Of a DNA stretch of 64,000 nt, positions 13,980 through 29,867 are shown in pieces; the stretch's first letter is position 1, and every line of letters begins with the position of its first letter. This stretch comes from the human T2T-CHM13v2.0 reference genome, Homo sapiens. The translations under genes and the position numbers were made by a program. Under the pieces are notes generated by a model. It worked only from the letters and a program-made list of their open reading frames with translations. It had not been told where the DNA came from and made no database searches. The DNA is taken from the NCBI RefSeq assembly GCF_009914755.1, contig NC_060933.1. One strand, given 5' to 3'.

Positions 13980-14813
13980 GGTGTCATGTTCATAATCCCA
14001 TGGGAAGTTTTTGAATGGGTGGGCATAGGTGGATTTCCTAGAGCAAAATTCTGGGAGCAGGAACTTGGAAAAGGAAAGTAGAAAGCAAAAAGTTATTTTC
14101 ATAACAAATATAATAGTGTCCTGGCTTCTCTGAAGGGCCTAGTTGAATGTTTCACAGAGGCAAATATTAAAAACATTCCTTTCTGGGGGTTTGGAAATAT
14201 TTTGATGTAGGATTTGATTTCCTGTCATAGTCCTGTAAATTGTATTTGTTTTCCTGTGCTTAATTTAGTGCTTAGCTTAGTTTCCTTTTGAAAAAATGTT
14301 GGATTTTAGTGTAAATAGAGTATATATTTAAAAAGTGGATACAAATTCTGCATGGCAATTTTAACTTTGTATAAACTTATTTTGTGTCATACTCTAGGGT
14401 AGTTAGAGCAGAAAAACATTACTTTTGTGACATACTTTTTGCTGGAAATACTCATGTTCCTCAGGTTTATTTTGGAGTGAATGAGTGGTTTGCTTTACAT
14501 TTTATCATTGCCATTTTGTAGGTCTCTTTCAGTCTTCGATCTTTCCATTCTCATGTGGCCACACCCTCAAGGCTAAGGAGGCTTCTCTTGCTAAAGCTTA
14601 CAACAAAAGGAACCCGAAGAGGCTATCTTTCCCACCAGCCCCATGGCCCACACCTTAACTGCAGAGACACCAGGGCACCTATCCCCAAACAGATTCTAGT
14701 CTTCCTATGCTGTTAAACACACACTGAGAGTTTTCTTGGACAACACTGATAGCTCAGAGGACACTGGTCATTGGATTTTAAGTATCCTTTTCTTCCCTTT
14801 TTGGATCTTCTAG

Positions 14814-15122
<309 letters not shown>

Positions 15123-16640
15123 TAGGGAGATGAAGTAAAAACTTTTTCTCTTTCCTGGAGAATGCATGCCAAAAATCTAGGGGGATGACTGATGCGTATA
15201 GTATTTCTGTGTCCTGGGGTGGCATTGCGCGGTACACATTACAGCTTCTCTCATAAAAGCAGGTACTGTATTTTGCATGAGTTTGATAACCAGATCTGGA
15301 AGGATGGCAAATGCAGTTCTTTTAAAAATATGGCCTCTTTGAGATGAATGACCACGTTTTTTGGAATGAATAACACATTAAGTCGTGTCTTCAAATCTAA
15401 GAAGGTCTGTGTTTTGAAGCCTCTGGTGCTTATCTTTCTTTTTTAATGGCAGAAATTATTCTCTAACAGTGTAATAAGTGATTTTTAAGTTGATTTTGAA
15501 ATGTTGCCTTTTTTGTGATAGCCTTGTTATGGTCAAAGGCTATTCATGGATTATTACATTTGCACTGTTATTTTTTAATGGGCATATAAGCACAGAAGAG
15601 ATAGGTTTATATCATTGGCCTGAGTATTTGTTTTTATTGACCATTTATTTTTGGAATTGGACCTCAGAGCACACTGTGGATTTTAGAAAAGCGTGTGTGT
15701 GTGTGATGTTATAATTATAGGAGACCTGCAGATTCTATCTAGGACGTAATGCCTGCATAGATGAAGATAAGGTCATTAGTCTCAGACCATAATTATGTTC
15801 CTGGAAAATTCTAAGTGACACTGTCTTCCTGGCTGGTATTACAGTTTGCATTTTTTTCATTTTTTGGATTCCAGAGAGTAAACACCATGTTTTAAAAGCC
15901 TCTGTGTGCAGGTACTACTACATCTTACTACCCTATCCTGCCTCCCTCTCCATACCAGGGAGAGAGGACTGTCCGAGAGGTTTCTGACTAGACCGTTTTT
16001 GTAGTAATTTGATCACTAAGCAGTCAAATTTGTCTGACTCAACTGAAGTGAAACTATATTAGAACTTCAGTAACAGATTGGTTTGACACTAATGATTAGG
16101 CATTTGCAAATCATTAATTTTTGCAATTAAGTGATGGAATATACAGATAATAGAGAAACTGAAGTTTTTTATCACTCTTTCTTCAAGTGAGTTCAACCAT
16201 AACCGAAAGCAATTAGAGTTATAATAGCATTTGAGGCTCTTGCTCATCCACAGGGCAGACGGCAGCTAGACTGAGTGATGAAGCTGCTGTCACTCAGGCA
16301 GATGCTAGAGTGACACCCCTGGACAAAAGATCCCAAGTTTTTGTTTTTGTTTTTGCAATGGAGTTGCCTCTTAAAGATTTTGCAGCTTGCTCCTTTTATC
16401 GTGGCATTACATGATAAAAATAATTTGGAGTGTCCTTTTATTGGGATACACAAAGAGATTTCTCTCAAAATGGCTTAGAGTACATCAGAGTTTTATTCTG
16501 TTTAACCTCATCATGTTGCTTAATGGGAGGTGGAGGTGGGAATTACTGTATCTATTTTATTGCTCAGCAGTACCAGACTTCAGGTGCTAAGTGACTTGTC
16601 TCCAGTCACCTGGGCCCATTACTCAGTGCAGATCTGTGGC

Positions 16641-16641
<1 letters not shown>

Positions 16642-16673
<32 letters not shown>
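16642..16673. repeat. Poly(A)32 tract
   Basis: Uninterrupted A run read directly. Confidence 0.95.
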
Positions 16674-16677
<4 letters not shown>

Positions 16678-17338
16678 CCAAATTTGATCTTTCCTGTTAA
16701 CCACAAAGTTTGTAATGCCAAAAAGAAAGACTTTTTAAAATATAAGACATTATTTGTTAAAAGCCCATTTGATTCCTTGCCTTTAGTAGTACTTTTTGAA
16801 ATATTTATGAATGAAAGGATATTATGTCTGGAATTTGCTTCAAGACAATTCAGTTTGGGTTTAGAAGAAGAGTAGCAATGAAACAGGAGTCATCACAAGT
16901 GAATTTTTGTTGTTTGGGGTTGGTTATAGGAGAAATTAAACTATTCTCTCTGCTTTTGATTATATTTGAAAATGTCTAAAATATAGAGTTAAAGATAAAG
17001 TTTAGATCATGAATTGTCAAATTCTAAAATCTTTTTGTACAGTTAAAGCAACACAGAAAACAAAGAGCTTGGCTCAGAGTGCTTAATCACACCACACGTA
17101 CAGTGTGGCTTTGTGCCCGGACTTTGCTGTAAACTCCAGTGTCCTGGGATGTAGGCGTCACACTTCTGTGTGTTTGTCCCACTTCAGACTCTGTGCAATG
17201 GCTTGAACAGCCCAACTCATCCAGTTTGCTACACTCCTACCAGTCAAAATGCAGACTGTCAAGGGGAGGACAGAGTGGAGAGTGGAGTTGTCTGCACGCT
17301 TATATTATGCTCTCATCCTGCTCTTCTTTCCTTAATAG

Positions 17339-17557
<219 letters not shown>

Positions 17558-19313
17558 TAAGTTTTTAAGGCGAGTATTGCTCTTTAAGTACTACTTCTTA
17601 CACTGGTGGAAGGTTTAGATGATTGAATTGTGAAAATTGCATAAATGGGTATGGCATGGAAGTGTTGATTAGGTACACTAGACAACTATTGGAGGTAAGG
17701 GCATAATAATGGGATATACTAAACTAAAACAATGTTGTTCATAAATCATTGTTTAATAGAAGATTTTAAATTAAGTACATACAGTCAATTGGGAAAGGAA
17801 AAACAGACACAAATAAGTGTTCGCTTAAGTTTAATGCTAGGGTGGCAGGGGATTACTCAATTAAGAATGAAATTTAAGAAGAAAATGCAGTGTACAGGTT
17901 GGAAGAAGCCAGAGGAAGATATAAGCAATAGTTACTTGGACAGATGGCAGTGCCAAAGCTGTTCATTCAGTTCTGCTGTCCCTGTGTCGCAGTGAGGTGA
18001 GTGTGCACATTGGGGTTTTAGGTAATTACATAAAAAAAGAGTCCTATGTGAAATATCTCCTAATTATCATGAGAAATGAAGGGTAAGATTTAGAATCTCT
18101 GCAGCTATTATATCTCAATTCAAGAGTAACCTGCTGAGGATAGGCCTGTGAATATGATCCTCTTTGAAGCTTAAGTCATCCAGTCGTCTAGTTAGTGGTT
18201 GATACTGTGTGTTCATGATAAATTCTGTTTAGGCCAGGTACAAACATCAACTGGAAGTCAGAATTGTAAAGGTTGAGGATTGGTAGCATTTAATCATTCA
18301 TTCTGTATACTGAATAAGTGAACAAAATGCTTTTCAAAAAACAATTAATTTCATGGCTCCTGAATCCTCATACCTGTCTCATAATTAAGGAGGAGGAATA
18401 AATGATTAAGAAGGCACCTTCTTGCACTGATTTCTTTAGTATAAGATAGCTTACCTCATTGTGAAGATGAACGAGAGATGACTCAGGGCTTGTGTTTAGA
18501 CATTTTGTTGGTGAGGAATACCTCATTTTCTTGTCAGTGTAGCATTATAGACTGTGCAAAACTCCAGCTCCAATTCCTACCTTAAAAAGATGTTTTCAGA
18601 GTTAGTGAGGAACATATACGTAAGGGGGGAGGGAAGAATGATGGGGAAATAAATCATATAAATGTAGTTATTACCACTGAACTGTAGACTTAAGAATGGT
18701 AAAGGTGGTACATTTTATATGTCTAATGACTTCCAGAAAAAATTTTTAAAAATTAAAAAGGAATTACTGACATATTGATAGCAGAGAGAGAGATGGAATT
18801 CTGGAATATTCTGTAAGTGGACCCCATTAAATGGCAGTTTTAGTTTTTCCTAATTCAGCCATGTGTTCTGCAGAGGTTGTCACTGTTAGTGTTTTTAGTA
18901 TTAAAATTTTTGTATTTTACATTTCTTTGTGATTAAAAGCTAATGACCCAGTTTTGAGATTATGGCTTACAATTAATAGATTTCTGCCGTGGTGTTAGAT
19001 AGTTGCATCGTCGTAGGCAGAGAAAGATACACAATTGAGTGTTGATGATTATGCCTATATTTTTGTGTTCATCTGTACAGAACAGGGACTTGTCACAATT
19101 GTTTTTCATGGTGTTATTCTGCATGATCTGTAAGTTGGCACGCCCCTTTCAAACCCTTGCCTTCAATTTGGTAATAGCACTTATTCTTTGTGTCTTATGC
19201 TTGCACTCAACATGTGTTAACTGAACACTTACTATGAGCTAGGTCGTGTGCTAGAATGCTGGGAGAAGGAGGGGTACAATGGTGAGGAAAAGCATCCTGC
19301 CTTCTCTCACAGT

Positions 19314-19389
19314 TTAATCAGAGAGAGAAAAAGAGAGGCTAGACTGATATTAATCAGGGAGAGAAAGAGAGGCTAGACAGATATTAATC
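19314..19389. repeat. ~35-bp tandem duplication
   Basis: gagagaaa(aa)gagaggctagac(t/a)gatattaatc occurs twice. Confidence 0.85.
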
Positions 19390-21426
19390 CAACATGCACC
19401 CAACTATACAATGACAAGCTGGGATGAATGTTGTGGAGGGAAACTGTTTCCAGTTGGAGGTGGGGCCTGATTTCTTGGCAAACGCGTAATAGTTGTCAAA
19501 GCAGCTACTGTCTACCTTACAGATATCTTTGAGTATCTCCCATTGATTATCTCACATGATCAATGTGCAGAATTTTTACTTTATGGTCAGCCATCTACCC
19601 TTCCTTGCATGCTCTTGGGTGCCTAGCATTTGTGCCCTCAGCAGGACTAAGTCGGAGGGGCTCTATTTCCTTCCAGGGTATCTTACTGGGAGAAGTGGGA
19701 CAAAGAAGGGGGAAGAAAAAAAGAAAAGAAACTGAGGCCCTTAGCCCTTCCTGGTACCTGTCTCTTTTGCGGGGCTTTAAGACTTAGTTCAGAGCGAATT
19801 ATCCAGTTCCAGATGCACTTTTATTCAAGTGCAAAGGAAGGGGATGCTTTAAGAAGCTGATTTGACACTTTGGATTATCTGTAGTTCTTCTTCCCTCCAT
19901 TGCAGTGAATGATTGGGAGTTGCTTCTTCTAGCTTCTCTGTAGTGGAGGAAAACTTCTGTGTCTATGAGCATAAAAATCTCTGCTATCCTTTTTAGCACT
20001 TTTCCATAGTATTAAGTATTATGCTGTACCTATCAATATTTTTTAAATTAACAAATACTTCAATAAACCTTTGTTTTGAGAAAACCTACTTTACTCAGTG
20101 AGCTAGTAGTTAATAGCACTGAGCTGGTAGCAACACTTGAAGGACAACTAAGCTACTGATTACTCTAAGAAATGTGCTATTAAAGATGAATATGGTTGAC
20201 TTTTTCACTTAATTTAATCTGAAAAAGATTACCTTTTATTTTCAGCGTTAAACTAGTGTACAATTTTTTTTTTTTTAATTCCCTAGAAGGACAGAGGCCT
20301 CTGTCTTTCTTTGGGAGTTTATTGTGTTGACTTGTTGCTCGTGAATAATAGGGTAGGTTTCCTTTAACATGTTATGACCTTGTTTAATTTTCTCATCATT
20401 ACAGACATTTTTAGGAAGTACACATTTATAAATCATTTTGTAACTTCTCATTTTCAGCCTGGTCTTCCATTAAAGCCCTTGAAATGGAAGAAGAAGAAGT
20501 GAACTACATGTATCTCCTTAAGTGTCAGAGGAGGAATAATTTTTAAAGTATTGAAAACCTAGTTATACGAAACTAATTTCTTTGATGTTACAAGATGAAT
20601 GTGCTATTATGTGCGTTTAGCGTGACCTTGAGGTTTCCTACAGGGTACAAAAGAGAATGGGGCTAGATCAAGCCACCAGGGCCTGTAGAACTAGGATTGA
20701 ACATGGCTGAATTAGAAAATTGGACCACTGTCTGAGTCGTGTTAGCAGGTAATCTTTTAAAATCAAAACTACATGAGAAAATATTTATACTAATTTGCTA
20801 TTATTCTCTTGTAGGCTAGTTCGTTAAAAGATCTATTACCATAGTGCTTCAGTCTCATGATCTGTAAGAAGGCAATAGGAATGTTGTCTACCCCATAGAT
20901 TTGTAGTGAGGATTACACGGGAAAGTTTATCTAAAGCATGTAGAATACACCCTAACATATAGTAAGTGCTCAGTAAACATTATTTCATCAAGCAATTCTA
21001 TGATACGAAAGTGGAATCATAATTATAATACGGTTATGTTTTTCTGAAAACAAATGTCTTTTTAAACCTTTACTGCATATTCTTTGTGATGTTGAATCAA
21101 TAATAATTGGTCACCACTTTTTTTCTAGTTGGAAATCAGTTGAATATTAGTGTGTAGGATATCTTTGAGGACAGTGACAGATTCTTTAAATACTGAGGCA
21201 TGCAGAAGAAAAATGAGGCTTTATCACAGGTGATAAACTCTGCCTACCACCCTGTTCCCCCAACTCCTACAAAGAGAATTTTCTAATTACATGGCCTCTA
21301 CTTTACTAGGGTTCCTGGCGATTATGAGGCATCTCTCACAGTACTTTAGGGTACATTTTTCCTTAAGCTGTGGTTAGGAGCCCATACCAGGAGCAGCCCT
21401 GCCTATTGCTTAAAAGTTTAGCCATC

Positions 21427-21720
<294 letters not shown>

Positions 21721-23814
21721 CTAGCCATTTCAGAGGTTCAGTTTCCAGAGCCGTTGACATCAGCCAAAACTAAATATTTAATTCTCCCTTCCACATCTTT
21801 CAGTGGGATGTATACCAGCAGAACTATTCTTGTGTTATTTATTTGTGACATTTTTTGGAAACATATGATACTAATGGGCACATACTCAGAATCTCTGAGG
21901 CAACACTAGACCAGATATAGTCTTCATTGGAGTGTTCGATTTTCTTTCTGAAAGTTCTTTTATCCTGTCTCTCTCTCTCTCTCTTTCTCCTTACCAACCG
22001 CTATTATAAGTAAATCTCAGGACTGTGATATTTTGCAGGTTGAACCTTCCTGGCATAATGTATTGGCCAACATAGTGGTAGGAAATGTGTTTTTATCCTG
22101 TTTAGATACCAGAATGTCAGAATAGCCTGCCGTTGGCACAGTTTTCAGTAAAAAGAGCTTGAAAAGCAAAGCAGTAATATTGAGACATTTATTTTAAATA
22201 CAAGCTACTCCCTGATTCTTCTCATTTTTTTTAATCTCTTACAGTTTCCCCAAAGATTATATACTTTATTACAGCTTTCCTCTACAGGATTTTCATAGAT
22301 GAAAGAAAGGTTCTAATGTAATTCTGGACATTTGAGTGTAGGAACTATTGTAAGGATAGGCGAACACAATGCCACAGTGATTAGATTTATTTGATTAGTT
22401 GAGTGTCAAAATGGGGGAGACCAGAAGTTTCGAGAAAAGTCCTGTTTAACTGGATTGACCAGTTACTTGAGTCAAAATGTTTGAATTGATTTTCTCTATA
22501 AGAAACAACCCAAGTAATTTGCAAATGCCTGCTAATTTCATATCCCTGGGCATTTTTTAAAATTACCCGATTACCTATCTTAATGCTCAAAGGTCCCCTT
22601 AAATGACAGTAAAAATAACTCAAGTGGTTTTTGAAAGCTTAGGTTTCCAGCAAAACAGAATGGATACTTCAGATACCAGCACATTTGAATGTTGTTTCAG
22701 TATATTATAATAACACCCACTGGGGGATAAAGTACATTCAGTTTATAATATAGATTGTAAAATATTTGATTTAAAACTTTATGTAATGAGGCTGTTTATA
22801 GCCTATGTTAAAGTAATCTAAATAAAATGGCCTACTGAAGTCTTCTTTTGAGTTCAGCTTACACGGGATTTTCATATTTAGAGATTTCTTTCCCTCCTCA
22901 GCCCTGTTGTTGATTACTTTTTATACCTTCTGCAAGGAAGATGGGTAGCCATGCACATACCTTTGCTTGTGAACATTGCTAAATGGAAGATATGAATTGA
23001 CGTTGGCCTTGGAAATTGGGAACACACACTGTCTTTAGTTTGAGTAATTTTTAGTTATGAGTAATCTTTAGTTATGAATAATTCCTATCATGTCCCCTTA
23101 CATGATTAGGTTAATTATACTCCTCCCTTCCTACATAAGCATAATTAGTTCTAAACTCTTTTGCATGTAGGAAGAAGCCAGTACAAAGTTTCTTGTTCAG
23201 TGTTTTGTTTTGTTTTCAATCAATGGAAATAAGTGCAGGCATCAGCCCTTAATATTGATAGCATGTGTCTGCAATTAAACGATGCAGATAACTACATATG
23301 AAAATTTCTCAGGTGGCAGGAGACGCTGTAGCAGCTGCTGCATTCACACCAGGACATTTCTTTAGGTGCTTAGAGACTGTCCGAAGTCAGCTCAAACAGT
23401 AGACCAATCACAAACTCTTGGGTGTTAATTTTGAACCAAGAAAAAGGGACAGTTGTGTTTGTTTTGCTTTGTTTTTTTAAGTTTTGAGACACAGCATGAA
23501 GTTGATGTGAGTACATGTGCGCACCAACCAGCAATGTCATCAAACTGAAGGAATCCAAAGAATGATGGGAGGAGTTGATATCTCTTGTCATAGAGTAGAC
23601 TGCCACCTGGCCTCTATCTCTTAGAATAACATGGCAGAATTAGGTCCAAGGACAGGGCATGCTTGCGAGGAAAGTCACACAGAGCACCAATTCAATGGCT
23701 AATTGTGTGCGTGCTTTTAACTATTTTATGACTTGCAAATGTATTGGCATCTATTTATGATAGTAATAATTTAATGAGCATATGCTAAGTGGAAAGCATT
23801 GTTCTTTGTGCTTT

Positions 23815-23930
23815 CATTCATTCCTTCAATCACCAAATATTTATTTAGCGCCTTTTAAGTGCCTGATGCCCTTGTAGGTGTGGGAATGCACCAGTGAACA
23901 AAACAGACAGAAATCCCTGACCTCATAGCC
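23815..23930 (-). mobile_element. L2 3' end fragment
   Basis: ttcattcattc...aaatatttatttagcgcc...gtgaacaaaacagac. Confidence 0.7.
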
Positions 23931-25445
23931 TTATGAAGCAGTTTTCAGGAAATGCGACAGCCAGTCTTAATTATAGACATAAAAGAATAGTCCTCGGACT
24001 ATCGTTGACCCTTGTACAATGTGGAGATTGAGGCTGGCAGCATATATATTACTTGTGACACTGGATTGTACATGTCGAAATAGTGACCCAGTCCTGCAGA
24101 AGCCCTAGGAAGCAGGCACTGTTTGTTACCGTTCCTATTTTATGCAAGAGGGAACTAAGACACAAGAGAAAATGATTTGCTCAAGATCATACAGCTAAGA
24201 TCTCTTGCACTTAATTACAGAGAGCTAAGATTGAAACACAGTTTGTCTAATTGCAGAACCAAATGTCTTAAATCTAATATTACTCTGTCTCTCAGATTTG
24301 ATACCTAATAGAACTTTAAAAAATAGTTTTGGGGATTTTAAGTAATGGAAGGGCCTGACTGTGAGGCAGTTTTTAGATAACAATCTAGCTAGTCTATAGG
24401 ACATTCATAGGAAAGTATCCTTCAGAATAGTTTTGATTATATTAATATATGATGCTTCAAGCTTTTTAATGTACTATTCATTGAAGTGGTGATCCAATTC
24501 CACTTGCTAGATATTTGAAATTGGCTTATTCATTGTCTCATTTGATTTTCTTTGTTGGCCAAATTTGTAGCTTATTTCTGATTTGTATGGAAAGAATGGT
24601 GGGATTAATTGACTTTCCCCCATTAATTAAAACAGTCCCCTGAGTATAGATTCTGAGAACTCCAAAAATGGAACCTTCAGTGACTGGTAGCAGGGATGGT
24701 TTCTTTTTTGAATTCAAGGGTTCTGTTATTGTTCTCTGTGTCACTAGCTTAGATGTAGAGCCTGATGCTCTTTGAAGCTGATCATTTCTTTTGAACTTAT
24801 AAATGTTTTTGCTCTGAGGTGACATAAATAGAAATTTAATTACTTGGAAAATCATAACCAAAGGGAGCATTTTATTTCCTACTGTTTGGTGGAAGCTGCA
24901 TTTTTTTTTATGCCTTGTGCTTTGGCATACATACATACATGTATTTTTGGTAAAAATTGCATTGTAAAGGAACTTCAGAAATTTCAAATGTTGATGGAAC
25001 TGCCTTTCTTCACTATGACTAAAAGGCTGATTTTAAACTTTAAGTGTTTTCGTAAAAGCTATTTTGTCAAAAGACAGTTGAGTTATTTTCATAGAAGGCA
25101 AAACGTATTATATAATCAATATCTTAAGTAAACAAAGTTGAGTTCATATTGATTCTGTATCGTCATTTTTTATTTTTAATTAACTAAAGAGCCCAAGGGA
25201 GGAAAGCTCATTTTCTCAAGCATCTTGGCAAAGGAAATGACTAAAGTTTTTTTTTTTTCTCTCATTATACTATGCAGAAATAGTATAGCTTTCCAGCAGT
25301 AACTTTAAAATAGTGATTCTGTAGAGGTGATTTTAAAGATTTCACTTGTCAGAGAGGTTATCGTAAGTGGAAGAAATTTTAGATTATTTTGCGTATATTA
25401 CAGATGAGACTTTCTTGGATATGTACAAGATATGACATAACCTTT

Positions 25446-25739
25446 TGTTTTTTTTTTTGAGACACAGTCTCTCTCTGTCACCCAGGCTGGAGTGCACTGG
25501 CACCATCTCGGCTCACTGCAAGCTCTGCCTCCTGGGTTCACGCCATTCTCCTGCCTCAGCCTCCTGAGTAGCTGGGACTACAGGTACCCACCACAACACC
25601 CGGCTAATTTTTTGTGTTTTTAGTAGAGACAGGGTTTCACCGTGTTAGCCAGGATGGTCTCGATCTCCTGACCTTGTGATCTGCCCGCCTCGGCCTCTCA
25701 AAGTGCTGGGATTACAGGCCTGAGCCACCGCACCCGGCC
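25446..25739 (-). mobile_element. AluY-like, antisense
   Basis: Full reverse Alu; TSD gatatgacataa(c/t)ctt. Confidence 0.95.
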
Positions 25740-25834
25740 GATATGACATAATCTTAACTTTTCATTTAGGTTGTTTTTGAGGCACATAGAAGTTAATGGA
25801 CTAAGATATTGGGATATGTAAGAAATGGTAGATA

Positions 25835-26193
<359 letters not shown>

Positions 26194-26278
26194 TTAGGTG
26201 GAATTAAAAACATCCAGGGAACTCATAAAGTTTTATATTATGTTTTTATGCCCATGGAGTGGGTCATAGCTTATTCTT

Positions 26279-26502
26279 TTTTTTGAGGGTGCAATTTGAT
26301 TTTTATTATTTCAACTTTTATTTTAGATTCAGGGGATACATGTGCAAGTTTATTACCTGGGTATATTGCATGATGCTGAGGTTTGTGTTACAGTTGATCC
26401 TGTCACCCAGGTGGAGATCATCGTACCCAATAATTAGTTTTTCAGCTCTTGCCCCACTCCCTCCTTCCCCCCCAGTAGTCCCCAGTGTCTATTGTTGCCA
26501 TC
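26279..26502 (-). mobile_element. Short 5'-truncated L1 insertion (old L1PA-like)
   Basis: Same reverse 3'UTR as the 9.5 kb copy; TSD agcttattctt at 26268-26278 and 26505-26515. Confidence 0.85.
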
Positions 26503-26941
26503 AGAGCTTATTCTTGATGGACAGTTTTAGAATGTTGTTCTTCATTGCTGAAGAAAACTTGCTTAGGGGATAGGAAAGTTGAGCTAATTATGTCAGGATA
26601 TATCTTCCCACTCCCAAACACGAGAAGAACATTTCAGATTCTGACCACTGTCTTGATACTGCCCTGTCTTAAGCTCTTTGGGTCCCTGAAGACACAATCT
26701 ACAAATCTCTAGTGTGCTGGCCTCAGATCACATCTGACTTTAAGTGACTCTCTACAAGTTGCTAATAAAATACATGTTTTGTCTCAGCAAAGACAAATGA
26801 ACATAAAAGGCATTAACACTTAAGCTGTGTTAGATAATAATGGGGTAACAATGAAATCCTATTACATACCGGAGAGTTACCAGGAAGTCCTGTACCCCAT
26901 CATCTTGGTTACTTATAACATTCGACATTGTTGTTTTGCAG

Positions 26942-26995
26942 AAGGCTGAGGAGAATGCAGAGGGTGGGGAGTCTGCCCTGGGACCGGATGGAGAG
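26942..26995 (+). CDS. SMARCA2: SMARCA2 coding exon (~exon 10) KAEENAEGGESALGPDGE
   Basis: ttttgcag acceptor (CAGAAG tandem); GAG|GTAAGG donor; 54 nt. Confidence 0.95.
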
Positions 26996-29164
26996 GTAAG
27001 GGATCGTCATCCTTTCCACTGTGTTCTGCTGAATGGAGTCTGTGCCATACCTGGCAGCACCATTCTTCATGCATACTATTTTATTCTTACTGTGCTATTT
27101 ATTTTAAGTAAAAATAGTAATACATTAGCATAGTAGAAAATTAGAATGATACAAAAGGGATACAGTGAAAAATAATCTACTTACATGTCAGACTGTCAAT
27201 CAACTGATATTAAATGTCTTGCATAGTATTTCAGAATTTTCTGTGCACATATAATCGTATGTTTACAAATATATAGGATGTGTAAGAATCTTAAATGATT
27301 CTATAATTATATTGCCCAATAAATGATACAGAAGCATAAAATATGACACAGTTTCTCTAGTTTATTATTAATTTGAAATTATAAAAATACATAAACTAAA
27401 GAAGTCACATATTTGGTTAACTTATTTTTGAAATTTTTAATGGGCTTGCCATATAGCTTCTATGTGTATGTTCATCAGCCTAGTCCTAAAATTCATTTCC
27501 TAGTAGTTCCAGTATTCTCCTGAATTATGAGGATACAATTAATTTATTGGATTTTTTTCTGAAGAATTTAAGGTTCCCTGCCAGCGATTCACAGTGAGGA
27601 GGCACACTCCCAGAGCAGGATGGGAAGGGAGTTTGTTTCAAATTATCTTCATTTTGTCTCATAAATTCTGATAAACCTACTTGGAGGATCAGAGTGGGTG
27701 GGAGGTTGCCACTTCCCATTCTGGTATCACTCTGCACACAGTTGTATTGTGAACTCAAAACAGTGGAGATGCAGAAAAAAAAGATTGAACCACTATTCTA
27801 TGCAGAAACCTCTTGAACAATAAATGTTACTTAACCACTATAATCTATCACAAGGAAAGAAAGGATCAGGATAAATATCTGATGTGTGAGAAACTCCGTG
27901 GGCTGTTACTGGTTAAGAATACTATATATTAGAGCACTTAGAAACAACTCTAATTTGCAAAAGCCCAGCCTTACCTAAGAATGCCTCCCATTGGTCTATA
28001 ATTAACAAGCACACAGGGAGAGATTTAACATGTTAGCGTAATAGTGTTCTTATATCTTATTATCTGTTGGGAAAATTAGCTACTGATCTTGGACTTGTGA
28101 CATACATCTTTTTTTTCTTTTAATCTTAACACACGTGTCCTGTTTGCTAAGGATTGCAACGTGGACATCTTGCTCTATTTTGAAATAATGTTCTTCTGTT
28201 CTCATTCAGCGCTTTTGCCAAGGTTCTAATTCCATCTACAGTGATTTCCAGTTTTCTTAGAGGCATGACATTAGCACGAAAACAAGCTGTATTATAATGG
28301 TTCATGATAACAGAATATGATTTTTCCAAGGGAAATGATAGCAAATTGTAGATTTCCTTCTTTATCTCTTGAGTATATAGATGACCTTTTACATTAATGA
28401 GGAAGAAGTGTCATGTTGGCATGCAAAGTAATGATGTTCAAAACCATTGCTTTAGCACACACAAAAGAAAAAAACGACAATCTGGAGTAAGCCTTTTCTC
28501 TTTTTAAGGTTATTTTTGTGGATAATTGCTAATATATTGTTTCTTGTGCTGACAGTGCTTTGTTGAGGGTGTAAGGGGAAAGAACCATTGGGTATGTGTT
28601 TTTCATTTTGTTTTGTTTTTTGGTCATCTCCTGTAAGATATAGAAGATAAACGATAGCATACTGTAGGTTATCCTATCATTTCTGCTTAATTCCAATTGA
28701 AAGGAATCTAGCAAAAATTTTGGAATTCATGAATTGTCTAAAAATTCAATTTTATCACTTTTCAGGAAATAGATAACTTGAACCACTCACAGACCAAGCA
28801 TTTCCAAACAAACATTTTACTTAGGGATCTGTTCTTAGAAGTACAGATCACCCTGCAATCAGGAGCAGTCATTCGTTACTGATTATATTCAAGTGTGATT
28901 CTTGTGTTCCTTGGATATAGTAGTCTAGTAATGAACTTTAGCTTAATTTTTGGTCAATTTGCCAGATTTCAGAGGAGCAGAGCTTTTTTCTTTGTCACAC
29001 TCAAAGATACCAATAGTTGGGTTAGACCCCTGGGGGGTTAGTTTTGGAAAAAGGACACCGGTTCTGCAGAGACCAAACCAGCCACTCATGAGATGACATA
29101 AGTTATAATACCTTTTCTGTTTTTCATTCTCTCTGAAACCATGACTTTGCAATAGTTGTTATCT

Positions 29165-29680
29165 GGGAAGTATTAGTTGAGGAATGGGGATTGTTAGTTA
29201 CAAATGACCAAAATCAAGTCTGCCTGATTTAAATAAAAAGGGAATGTATTGATAGGATACTGGGCAACTCATCAGATCTCCAGGGTTTCTGAAGAACCTG
29301 ACTCAGGGCTATCCCCAATATTATGCTCTACAACTGGTCTAGTGAGGACAGGCTGTGGCTGGGAGCAGGCAGAAGTTTGACAGAGCCATTACCGCTTTCC
29401 TGGCATTGTTGCCACTGTGGTCTGCCCTGCACCGGTGCACCTGTTGGTTTCCACACCCTTGCACTTCTAGCTCTTAACTCACAACCTTGGTGATGTATCT
29501 GGTTGCTGGAGCTGAGGTTTGTGCCTGTATCTTAGCTACCAGGGAGGCAGCATTTTCAGTTTCTTTAGTGGGAGGTAGCCTCTCACCTCCCACCAACACT
29601 CATTAGGTAGTGAAATTTCCAAACACAGAATAAGGTTTCACATGCTGGGCAGCAAAAACTGCTGAGAAACGTCCAGTACA
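29165..29680. mobile_element. Possible ancient MaLR (MLT1-family) LTR
   Basis: gttacaaatgacc...ttaaataaaaagggaatgtattg start and tccagtACA end; highly diverged. Confidence 0.45.
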
Positions 29681-29735
29681 GGACTGGGGGAAGGTCTTAA
29701 CATGAAACCGTGACATGATTTTCCCTCCTTTGTAG

Positions 29736-29867
<132 letters not shown>

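Noticed and set aside
24538-25131. 149-aa and 95-aa ORFs in AT-rich intron (likewise 37133-37537, 50622-51023 and 56139-56552)
   Set aside because: No recognisable domain or exon-like signals; lengths are within chance expectation for 64 kb in six frames.
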